64,000 nt of DNA, taken from an uncultured Candidatus Peribacteria bacterium. Its GTDB lineage: Bacteria; Patescibacteriota; Gracilibacteria; BD1-5; JAGOOR01. Shown piece by piece: positions 22,914 through 33,395 of the stretch. Below the pieces are notes generated by a model. That model was not told the DNA's origin. It did no database searches and saw only the letters and a list, made by a program, of their open reading frames with translations. The stretch is from contig CAYPRD010000001.1 in assembly GCA_964413195.1 (NCBI GenBank), forward strand, positions 27,039 through 91,038, read 5' to 3'. Positions within the stretch are counted from its first letter, which is position 1. Every line of letters begins with the position of its first letter. Position numbers and translations under genes: made by a program.

Positions 22914-25900
22914 TTATCTTTTCTGAAGGCGGAAAATAGGCATAAAAATGAGAGAAATGGAAAGAATGATGACCACCCTCAGGAGGAATGAGCTCAGAGG
23001 GTCATTTTCTCTGTATCATCACGAGCCTCCGATATCCTGCGGAGTATCCTTTAAATCAAGCGTGTAGTGCGATCATGACGAGGAAGAAGAAACCTTGGGG
23101 AGAGCATGGTGCACAATGAAGAAACTTTGTTCAACTTTTTCTTGTGTAATACTATCTATAGCACGCAAAATGAGAGCATGTCTTCCATACGGAACAGAAA
23201 AAGCAGACGGATTTTTTGTTCGGAGAATATCTCCATTCGGTAACACCCATTCATATTCCACCGAGTCATCTCTATTTGATTCCGCTGTAAAATTCACCGT
23301 ACATGACCCTCGACTAAAACAATAAAAAACACCCTCTTTTTCAAAACGGTTTTTCGTTATTTTCCCCTGAAAACGTATAGAAACATTGAGTGGTATTAAA
23401 AAGTGTGACGATATACTCTCAACGTCTACTTTTTCCTCAATTATCACTCGGTTATCCAGATCTCCTAGTACGAGACGAAGAGTATATTCCCCTGTATTTT
23501 TCGGGAACCATGTGTATTCATATTCGCCATATACATCGGTGACAAGAACTCTGGAATGAAGCTCATTTCATCCATGTATCTCTACAAGCACAGGAAAATT
23601 TCCCCACGTTCTCCCAGAAATATGGAGTGCACCTTTCTTGGTTTTTGAGATACGAAAGGTCGTTATGTCTTCCGTTTGGTTTTTCCAATCAATTTCTTCT
23701 TTTTCACACACCTCTCATTCTTCCTGATGACAAAATTCGAGGAGTTCTTGTTGCAAATCCAGATATTCTTTTTCTTGTTGGTCAGATAAAAATTTGGTAT
23801 CCTCTCAATTTAACAGAAGCATTTCAGAAGCAATCTTTTTCTCACCCCAAACGCCAAAAAGATTTTTCTTTGCCTCTCATTCTTTTATATCAAACATTTC
23901 ATAGCGGAAAAATGGAAACCGTCTTTCCATACGAGCATACCCAAGATCAATTAGGTGAGCATTGAAAAGTACGCATTGATCTTCAGAAAATACACTCTCT
24001 GGACACGTCCAAACATACGCCAATCTCCGTCCATAATGATCAATTGGGGCAGAATCAAAGGTGAGCCATACTTCTTTTCCTTCCAGATATTTTTTCGTAA
24101 ACTCACTCACCTCTTTTCATAAAATCTCAAGTGGCTTGTAGGGATGAACAGTTTCTGGTGTATCGACTCCAAGAAGACGAATCTTTATTATATGGCCATC
24201 GATACTCCCCTCAATGGTATCCCCATCAATCACACGAGAAACAATCATTTTTTTCGTTTCTGGTTGGAGAATTTCTGGGCGAAGAATATAGGAAGAAGGA
24301 ACGGGAAAATCCCATGAAAAAGTATCAACAAGAACGTCTCCGCAGAGCAAAGTGAGTGATTCTCGACTATTGTGGAGACGGAGTCATGAGAGGGCCTGTC
24401 GTATACGAAAAGTTTGTTTGGAACGGAGAGTGCCAGAAAGAAAATATTCTGAGGTAGAATTCTGGATACGACACTCATCAAGTATGATATCTTCATGGGA
24501 AATATTTTGTATTTCAATCCATTCAACTGTATCGGCATGAGGTGGATTTGGTAAAATTGCAGAAAAAATAATTTTTCATTTTATATCTTCCCTGCACTCA
24601 AGGCAAGGATCAGTCTGATCAAAATTTTCTACGACCTCTACTTCGTACTGAGTTTCTGAAGTTATACTTCATGAAGAAACAGTAAGTCTGATACTATATT
24701 TTCCGGGAAGGAAATTATGGCTTGGTGGATTTTGTTTTTCCGAGATTGTCCCATCACCAAAATCCCAATGCCAATGAGTCACTCATGTCTGATCCAATGC
24801 AGTAAAATTAAGAGAGCAAAATTTTGCCTTTCAACGAGCACACACAATTCATGCTGGAAGAATTTTTTTATTCCGCGTAACTTTTGTTTGTAATACAATT
24901 TGTGCTAGTACTCAATCTTTCTGATCTCATTTTTTCCGAGTAAAAATAGGAAGAATCCTTTCGATACTTTTTTCTGTATCATGAGGATAAAAAATTCGGA
25001 CAGATACGTGGGTGTCTCAGAAAAATTGCACATATCCTGGATTACATTTTTTATCTGTTCACGGGGTCTGGAAAATTCCTGATCCAAAATTCCACTCACA
25101 CAAGGCTCACACTGGAGCTTCCACAAGAAAGTTTACAAAACAAGTATCAGTTTTACATGTACGAGACTCATCAAGGCCACTTTGCACTTGGATATCTATT
25201 CCTGATAAGTCGTTCCCTTGGGGTGATACACTCCCATTGCCTGGAGGAAATCACACAAAAGAAAGAGAACGAGTCACAAGAAGGGTGTTATTTCTTGTGT
25301 CGAGAATCTGGACAGTAATCATGTGATTCCCTTCAGGAATAGTAAAAGTATTTGGATTACAATCATTTTCTTCTCTTCAAAAATCTGATGTTATTCTACA
25401 GATTAGCTGTGCTGAAGGGTTACCATCAAGTTTCGGTATTACTAAAATATTCACACGACATTCGCCCTCTCCTGTATCGCATGTATACGTGTCCAAAGTG
25501 CTATTTTCTTTCCCAAGCAGATACGTTGGTTGCTGAAAGACAAGGTCGAGAGAAATCCTTTCTGGATGAATTGTAGTATCCAAAGGAAGATTCTTTATAT
25601 AAATGAGTTCCTCTCGCAGCCTCTCTCCTGTCACACGATTTTGTATTTCTATACGGAGGATGTATTCTCATACAGGCACAAGAGAAGACACAGGATTGCA
25701 CGGATCACTTCCTGGTACCAATTCAAAATCTGCTGTTATTTTACATGACAAAAGAGCGCTCTCCTGTCCATCCAGAAGAGGCGCGACGAGAAGGTTCACA
25801 CGACACTCATTTTCCTCTGGATCACAAAAATATTCATTTTTATACACGTCTTTTTCCAGAAGGTATGTCGGGGTTTGCCAATTTCGACTGAGCGTTACCC

Positions 25901-26321
25901 GGTCAGGACTGATCACAGATTCATCTTTCCGTACAATAAATATATGTCATTCAACCACGGTACTATCGTCAGAGATTCTTTTCACACGAAACCAAACATC
26001 TGAGGTTCCATAAGGAAATTCAATAGTATTTGGATTACATTTATTTTCTTCCCCTGTCACTCCAAATCAAAAATCTATAACACAAGCATAGTGAGTAGAA
26101 GGCTCTTCTGTGGGTATACTTACACTAAAATCAAAATTCACTTTACACGTATCTTTACTGCTATCACACGTATACTGAGTCAATCCAGGAGTATCTTTTT
26201 CGAGAAGATAAGTTGGCTGCTGAAAATGAAATTGAGGAGGATCTCCGAACACATAATAATACTCCACCAGTCATAGACCGATTATTCCTGCCAAAACAAA
26301 TCGACAGAACTTCGGATACAT
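22914..26321 (-). CDS. large membrane-anchored surface protein: 3 novel repeat modules + PKD + lamin-tail domain + staphylococcal-nuclease domain (1135 aa)
   Basis: ORFs 26067-26267, 25668-25916, 25377-25634, 24117-24350, 23877-24110 and 23073-23447 share one frame, and I read every codon between them without meeting TAA or TAG. Signal anchor MYPKFCRFVLAGIIGLGLV. PKD motif HWHWDFGDGT (about 24750-24780). LTD motif ILPNPPHADTVEWIEIQN (about 24312-24575). SNase motifs VIDGDTIEG, IRLLGVDTPE and DHYGRRLAYVW (about 23900-24245). C-terminal TM LLRVVIILSISLIFMPIF followed by RLQKR. TAA at 22914-22916. Confidence 0.75.
25260..26230 (-). repeat. three tandem ~115-aa protein modules inside the surface nuclease gene (periods 348 and 342 nt)
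   Basis: Each module starts Q(Q/T)PTYLLEKD (codons at 26225, 25877, 25535). It then has Y.CD....C(K/R)VN, a C.I..DF segment and a CNPNT(F/I) segment. The copies are diverged at DNA level. Confidence 0.7.
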
Positions 26322-26379
26322 AGCTCAAATATTATACAAAGAAAAATAAAATTTGTATGACCCTATATTTTTGTACAAT

Positions 26380-26706
26380 ATGAGCATGAAAAAATTCCTT
26401 CCCTACGCACCTCTTGCAGCTCTTTTGCTCGGCTTAGGCGGAATATACATCGCTCAACCAATACAGCATTCTTTACCTATTGATATAACACAATCTCAGT
26501 GAGCAGAATTGTCACTATGTACACGGCCAGCAGCATTTATAGAAGAAAGTTCCCTACCTGCTTGGTGCCAAGAAGGATACCAAAAGAATATCAAAAAAGA
26601 AAGGAATATATGGTCATGGGAGTGCACATCAGAAAAGGAAACCACAACCTGTAATTTCGTAGAAACAGGGAATTATCCACGCCGTTGAGGAGTATTTTTT
26701 CGATAA
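26380..26706 (+). CDS. small secreted Cys-containing protein, hypothetical (108 aa)
   Basis: MSMKKFLPYAPLAALLLGLGGIYIA signal peptide. Open through 2 TGA to TAA 26704-26706. Divergent from the nuclease gene across a 58-nt spacer. Confidence 0.45.
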
Positions 26707-26708
26707 AT

Positions 26709-27629
26709 ATGCATATATCAGGCTTCTATATTATTATCGCTTCCATGATTTGGTGAGTTGATGGATATATTCGCCAGAAAATTGGTGTTTCAGAAGAGTT
26801 TTTGATTGCCTTTGAATCAACAGTGACCGGAATATTTTTCCTGCTTTTTGTCCTCCTTTTTCACAAAAATGTCATCGGAAAAATACGTCATACATGGGCA
26901 ATGATCGGTATGATTCTTTTCGAAGGAATTGCCGGCTCCTGGTGTTTTATGCAAGCAATATCCAACACCGAATCTCTCTGATTTGTTTTTATTTTGATTG
27001 GACTTCAACCACTCTTTACCATACTTTCTTCGGCAGTATTGCTCGGAGAACACCCCCGAGGCTCATTTTATGCTTTTGCTGCAACAACATTCTTCGCCAG
27101 TATTCTTCTCACCCTTGGTGATACAGGTTTCACACTGACAGACTGATCGATATCAACCTATCTATACGCTCTTTTGACTGCCCTCTTTTGGTGAATGTCT
27201 ACTACCCTCAGCAAGATAGCCATCACTGATAACTCTCAACTCTATATCATGACTCTGAGGTTTATTTTCACAGGGCTGATCGGCTGGTGTCTAGTTTTCT
27301 TTTTACCAGCAGAGGCATCTGTTACAGAACAATTCTCCACACTTTCCTATAATCTAGGAAGTATCATTTTTATCATTTTTATCTCCGATATTATCGCAAC
27401 GAGTTTATATTTCCGATGACTCGATAATACTCCCGCAACACTCTCAACTATTTTTGAACTTGCATTTCCACTCACAGGATTTGTCCTCGACTACATACTC
27501 TACGATGTGATACCTACTCCTATGAAAGTCGTCGCCGCTTTTGTCATTCTTCTGAGTATCGTGATACTTCCTCATTGTCACTTTCTTGAGGGAAAAAACA
27601 TGAAGAAAAATACCACTGTATATAGTTAA
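26709..27629 (+). CDS. EamA/DMT-family transporter
   Basis: ATG at 26709, with ORF 27195-27419 in the same frame. About 10 TM segments with 5 in-frame TGA, and two EamA-like halves (ILSSAVLLGEHP). TAA at 27627-27629. Confidence 0.7.
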
Positions 27630-27819
27630 GTCTTTTCTTCTGAGTAAAGAAGGGCCTGTTGTAAGCGTATAAAAAAGGCTTTCTGGATAGTCACATTCCC
27701 GGTATATCAAGATTGTCACAGAACATTAATAATTGCAAGCCTTGCTCTCTCTTCTACTGTTCAAGAAGTTAATCAGGATGCAACATCTATGCAACGAATA
27801 AGAATATCATCCCCGAACT

Positions 27820-29349
27820 CTAACATAAATTTTTCTTAAAATAATCCACCAGCTCGCTAATGCCTACTATTTCTTGTTCCATAGTATCTCGGTGACGAAT
27901 TGTGACCATATTTTTCTCAAGAGTATTGTCGAAGTCGATAGTCACACACCACGGCGTACCAATCTCATCAAATCGTGCGTAGCGTTTGCCAATAGAACCT
28001 GTCTCATCATACCATGTCATGAAATGCTTTGAGAGCATCTGAAATACTTCTTCAGCTTTTTCATTCAATTTTTTCACGAGTGGAAGAACAGCAATTTTAA
28101 CCGGTGCAACCTCAGGCTTTAATCGAAGCACAATTCTCTCTCCCCCCTCATCACCATCCGGTACTGTATCATAAGCATCACAGAGAGTCGCAAGGAAGAG
28201 ACGTGTAAGGCCGATGGATGGTTCGATGACGTAAGGGACAAATTTCGTATTTTTTACTGGATCAAAATAGCTCATATCTTGACCACTTTCTTTCATATGG
28301 GCTTTAAGATCAAAATCTGTGCGAGACGCGATACCCTGAAGCTCTGAAAAGCCAATACTTGGGAAATCGTATTCGATATCAAACGTTCCATCAGAATAAT
28401 GAGAGAGCTCGTCTTTCTCGTGTTCACGAAATCGGAGATTTGATTCTTTGATACCTACAGTATCCAGGAGAAATCTCTTGCAGTCAGCTTTCCACTTTTC
28501 ATGCCACTCAAGTTGTGTCCCCGGTTCACAGAAAAACTCGATTTCCATTTGTTCAAATTCTCGAGTACGGAAAATGAAGTTACCTGGAGTAATCTCATTG
28601 CGGAATGCTTTACCAACTTGCGCGACACCAAACGGGACACGACGACGACAAGTACGAACAATATTTGGGAAATCGACGAAGATGCCCTGAGCTGTCTCAG
28701 GTCGGAGATAGACGAGGGCTGAAGAATCTTCCGTGACACCTTGTGAAGTCTTGAACATGAGATTAAATTTTCTTATCTCCGTCCAATCAGCTTTCACTTT
28801 TGGATTATTTGGGTTTCTAATATCTTCACCCACCATAAAAGCATGTTGTTGTTCCGCTGTCCATGATTCTGGAATAAGATTATTCACTCCGTATTTTTCT
28901 TTGAAATATTCATATGTCTTGTTATTTCCTGCAGAAATATCTCCGGTTGCTGTAATGTCTCAGCCTGCAACTATTTTTCCTCAAGCCGAAATACTACCAT
29001 CTTTCATAGAAATATGAATAATTTCTTTTTGTTTTTCTTCAATTTTATTTTCAATCAACTTATCTGCTCGAAATCGCTCTTTTGTATTTTTATCATCGAT
29101 CAGTGGATCAGAAAATCCCCCCACATGTCCTGAAGCGACCCAAACATTTGGATTCATGAGGATAGCGGCATCGAGGAGAACCATATCAGGACGACGTTGG
29201 ACGAATTCTCGTATCCAGAGATTTTTGAGATTTTCTTTCATGAGGGAACCCAGAGGACCATAGTCCCATGTGTTGGCGAGACCGCCGTAGATCTCTGAGC
29301 CCTGGAATACAAATCCGCGATTCTTCGCAAGGTCAACAATGTGTTTCAT
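27820..29349 (-). CDS. glyQS: glycine--tRNA ligase (alpha2 type)
   Basis: ORFs 28981-29349 and 27820-28887 are in the same frame and joined through 2 [60 protein letters not shown], and the anticodon-binding domain [14 protein letters not shown] at 27820-27822. Confidence 0.9.
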
Positions 29350-29371
29350 AGAATGAAAAGATTAATAAATA

Positions 29372-30046
29372 TTATTTGCGGTTGATAATTATCTCGGAGA
29401 TCTCCATATTCTTTGGAAGTTTAATAATTTGCAAAAGTAATCACGCTACATCTTCTGTGTTCATAAATGATGATCCCATTTCTTTTCCCGATATGGCTCT
29501 TATTTGGCCTCCACGTTTTTCATTTCATTTTGTATGCATACCTCCAGGATACACACCTATAACTCGTGATGAAGTTCCTTTAAGTTCTAATTGGAGATTT
29601 TCTGTCCACATCCGAAAAGCCCCTTTACTCGAACCATAAACCGAAAAATACTGATATGGCTTGAGTGCAATAGTTGCGCCCACATTGATAATGTCAGCTT
29701 TATTTTCTTTTATAAGTGGAAGAAGCTTGCTGGTCAAAATAATAGGAGCAATGGCATTGAGCGTAAATGTCTGTTGAACCTTCCTCCAATTTAATTTATC
29801 AATTTCCTCTCCATCACCATCACCAGCACACTGTATCAAAAGATCAAAATGAGGATATTTTTCCTGTATATGTGTAGCAGCGTTATTTACACTTTGTTCA
29901 TTAGATAAGTCTGTTTCGATCCACTGAATATTTTCGGCTGGGCGTGATCGACAAAGTCCTATGACCTCATAACCATCCTGGTGAAACACTTTAGCGAGAG
30001 AAAGACCCAACCCGGATGAAGCTCATGTAAGAATAATACGTTTCAT
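29372..30046 (-). CDS. short-chain dehydrogenase/reductase (SDR)
   Basis: MKRIILT-G-ASSGLGLSLAK (TGxxxGxG with the first G encoded by TGA). YGSSKGAF active-site YxxxK. ORF 29525-30010 extends through TGA to TAA 29372-29374. Confidence 0.8.
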
Positions 30047-30061
30047 AAAATAAAATTAATA

Positions 30062-30715
30062 TTACTTTTTAGCAAAAATACGAATAAATGTGTCTCTTCA
30101 GGCAATTCACTGATTCTTTGAAAAACTTACAATAGTAAATCCAGCATCGCGTATATCGCTCAATATGTCCTCTTCAGAATAGAAAAGATATGATATAAAT
30201 TTCCCTGGCATACTAATACTCTCCTTTTCTATAATACACGTTTCATTGGCATGACATTTTACTGCCACAAAAAAGCATCACCCTTCCCTGAGACTCAAAA
30301 AACAATTCTGTATGACAATTTTTGCTTCGTCGCGACTCACGGCGATGAGTGATGAATTCGCCCATATAACATCATAATGTACCTGATATATTGGACTCTC
30401 ACTATCTACGATATCATCAATAACATACGTACCTTTGAGCGTATCTTGTAGTGCAAGGATGAAAGTCTCACATATATCACAACCAGTCACCTGGAATCAT
30501 TTTTCTTCAAAAAATTTCGCATCACGACCAGGGCCGCATCAAAGATCCAAAATATGAGCATCTTTTGAAAGCATCTGACAAAACTCTTCCCGTAAAGTAA
30601 GTATATCCATATTATCCTGAGTCAGCGCACCCTCACTTGTACGACGAGAAAAATCCTTCGCACCAGATTCGTAGGTCATTTTGATTTGAGAAAGTCTTTT
30701 TGGATCGGTCTTCAT
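30062..30715 (-). CDS. class I SAM-dependent methyltransferase
   Basis: Motif I is ILDL-G-CGPGRDAKFF with that G encoded by TGA. ORFs 30278-30490 and part of 30539-30838 are in the same frame. ATG 30715 lies 8 nt after the stop of the upstream Cys-rich gene. Confidence 0.8.
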
Positions 30716-30722
30716 AGAGTTT

Positions 30723-32426
30723 TTAATAAATATGTTTTTTGAAACATTCTTCGCAAAGAATCTGAAGTCCAGAATCTGGGGGATAGCTCGTAGAAATTGA
30801 CTTCCGACATTCCCGGCAAGAGTCGTTATGAAGTTCACGGGGATTACGGAGCTTCATCAATATTCTATTTCTCTCCCGTGAGTGTAGTGTAGGAAGAGGT
30901 ATGCCATTTTCTCTATGAAAAGCGAGTTCTTGCCTGATAATCTGAAAAGGTTTACCACTCACAGAACAATAAAAGACCGTCCTGAGAGCTTGATCAATAT
31001 TTTTCTTGGCTTCAATTTCTCCAACAATTCTCTCATCATATTGAGATATATGAAGTGGAGGGGTTCAGGAATTATTATAACTTTGGACACCGGCTCACCA
31101 TCGTCCACCCAATTTTTCTACTTCTATTTGGGATAAAGGATACCAATCATAAGCGGCCGTATCTTCATAGGGATAGGGCGAAAGATGTAGTGGAAAGAAT
31201 TCTCACCACTCACCAGTACTCTTCATATGATCAATAATTTTTGAACGAAGTACTTCAAATTCTTGTTGGCTATAGGTTTTATTCAGGATAGAAAATTTTG
31301 CATGATTTAATCAGATACATCAAAATAAATCGGAGGAATTTCGACAACTATCACAATACGTGAGATTTTTTGAATCAAAAATATAGAAACTGTATGTTGT
31401 ATTAAAAGTATTTGTAATAACACATGTGTATGCACATAACTCAGCTGCTGTAAAGCCAAGAGAATAACACCACAGGCAATCTTTGACACCACCAAAGCTC
31501 ATAATATGACGAGAATTTTCTGAGCCCCAGCCATCAAAACAATCAATACATTGAGTACAATTTTGAAGATGATCTCCTGTGGAATTATCTACATGTGTAA
31601 ACTGACTTGCAGGACGAATGCTCTCGGCACGAATTTTATTAAAAACAGCTTTTGCTTGGTCCCAAATAGTCTGACTTGATTTGAGGAGTTGGAGGGTTTT
31701 TTCAAATTCTTCTTTGGTTGATTGCTTATTATATATGCAATATTGTTTCCCGACAAGACCAGAACAGGCAATGCAGTTCTGACAATTTCGGAGTTGATAT
31801 GAGAAATAACATTCAGCACAATCTCGACATTCCTGACATCCAAAACAGAATTGGCAACGAATCACATCAAGACAATTATGAATATTTTCACATGCAGTGC
31901 TCATGGCAGAATCAAATATATTCTTTCATTCTACAGTCCAATAGGAATAATACACATCTTCAGATTTCGTAAATAGAGAACAAAGATAGCAATTTTTCGA
32001 ATAACGAGCATGACTATTGTACTCGCAATTTTCGGAACTAAAAATAGTTGTCCCTACTCGCGGTACAACATCTTGAAGAGATTTATACTGTTCAAAATAG
32101 GTTTTAGAAAAATCAAAATTTCTTCCAAATTCAAAGGCATTCCAGTCATCTGACCACCAAAGTTCATGATTATATACTGGAAAAATAGTATCTGGAGAAT
32201 ACTGTGAAAGTATATTTTGTCATGTTTTGCTACATTTTCGGGAAAATAGATTCCATTCATTACGAAATGCAAAAAGATTTCTCCAAATTTCCCGTGGACA
32301 TAAAGTAGGTGCTGGGATACCAAACTTCTCATAAAAAATCATATCACGGTCAGTCACGACAAATTCCTCCCCAGTTATGCGGCATTTTTTTGTTTGTATG
32401 ATATTTTCGTTTGGTGGTAGGTACAT
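30723..32426 (-). CDS. cysteine-rich repeat protein, paralog B (567 aa)
   Basis: ORFs 32220-32450 (ATG 32426), 31320-31904 and 30723-30962 are in the same frame and joined by TGA. CQFCFGCQECRDCAECYF strings. The C-terminal zinc ribbon is intact (SCRECRKSISTSYPPDSGLQILCEECF). Collinear similarity to 749-2512 over the whole length. Confidence 0.7.
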
Positions 32427-32431
32427 ATTTA

Positions 32432-32683
32432 TTATTTGAGTAATTCCCACATTTTACGAATCACGGGTAATGCTAAAGTCGACAGAAAATAGCCACATGT
32501 AGGAACAAAAGCATGCAAATACCAGTTCTCAAGACCCAAAAGCATCATGTAAATACTCAGAATCACATAGGTTATGAGAAGAACAGAAATACGTCGTGTC
32601 CAGGAAATTTCCCATGCTTTATCACACTCCACACGAACGTTTCGAGATTCGAGGGCCTGTATACGAGATTCTATATTATTCAT
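32432..32683 (-). CDS. small 2-TM membrane protein with N-terminal coiled-coil (83 aa)
   Basis: Intact standard-code ORF. MNNIESRIQALESRNVRVECDKAWEISWTRR followed by two hydrophobic helices. The TAA stop lies 5 nt upstream of the ATG (32426) of the next gene. Confidence 0.55.
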   Translation of the reverse strand: MNNIESRIQALESRNVRVECDKAWEISWTRRISVLLITYVILSIYMMLLGLENWYLHAFVPTCGYFLSTLALPVIRKMWELLK

Positions 32684-32686
32684 ACG

Positions 32687-33230
32687 TTAAAAATTATGAT
32701 GCGTTATTTTTTCGGATAATTGTTTATCAAAAGTTCAGTATCAAAAATACATTGGGAAGAAATCCTGCGTTCTCTGTGTAGGAACGAGCATAACATACCA
32801 ATCGCGAACTTTTTCAATAGCAATACAATCATCAACATCATAGATATCATCTCTATGGGGTTTCTGGTTGCCAGAACATAGTTTTTCGAGAGCACGTTGA
32901 GAAACTTCTTTTTGATCCGCTCATACGTAAAAACCTATCTCATGAAGTTCTCAAAATTTTTCCGAAATATACCCTCCAGCATTCACAAAAAAGAGTTTTT
33001 CATTCTGATTTTCTGGTAACTCAGAAGAAAGACATATCTCATACCCATCAACGTATTTTAATTCCAAAAAAGCATCAATATGACACTCAGTTTCTCATCC
33101 CACCCATTTTTTACGTAAATCCTCATAACATTCTTCAATAGTTTCACCAACAGAAAATTGGACATCATGCATTTCAATATGACACCCTTGCACTCTCCCA
33201 CCCAGATAACAAGCAAATAATTTTTTCATA
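32687..33230 (-). CDS. DUF1543 domain protein, with a possible -1 frameshift or TTG start near the 5' end
   Basis: The main frame (TAA 32687-32689) gives NIEMHDVQFSVGETIEECYEDLRKKWV-G-ETECHIDAF, typical of DUF1543. ATG 33230 opens a different frame (MKKLFACYLGGRVQG) that also fits the family N-terminus. An in-frame TTG at 33217 is the alternative start. Confidence 0.5.
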
Positions 33231-33240
33231 AAAAGTTCTA

Positions 33241-33278
33241 AAAACCCCAATAATCACGCTCATGCGGATTATCGGGGT
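33241..33278 (-). terminator. rho-independent terminator
   Basis: On the minus strand the sequence reads CCCCGATAATCCGC-ATGA-GCGTGATTATTGGGG followed by TTTTT. It lies about 120 nt downstream of the stop at 33396. Confidence 0.55.
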
Positions 33279-33395
33279 CTAGGGTATAGACGGTTCCACC
33301 CGAATGTTTCACTTTTTTATGTCTCTCACAACTCCGTGCCACAGGAGGTATGCTCAGTATACTCCGAGAGAAAAAGTTGCAAGTTTCGAAAAAGA

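Noticed and set aside
33279-33395. Possible small ncRNA (SRP RNA, 6S or similar) or SD-preceded mini-ORF (AGGAGG then ATG at about 33349) in the 165-nt spacer
   Set aside because: I found no conserved SRP domain IV motif or other diagnostic structure. The region is most simply the 3' UTR plus terminator of the upstream gene. The 29-codon ORF has no support beyond an SD-like hexamer.
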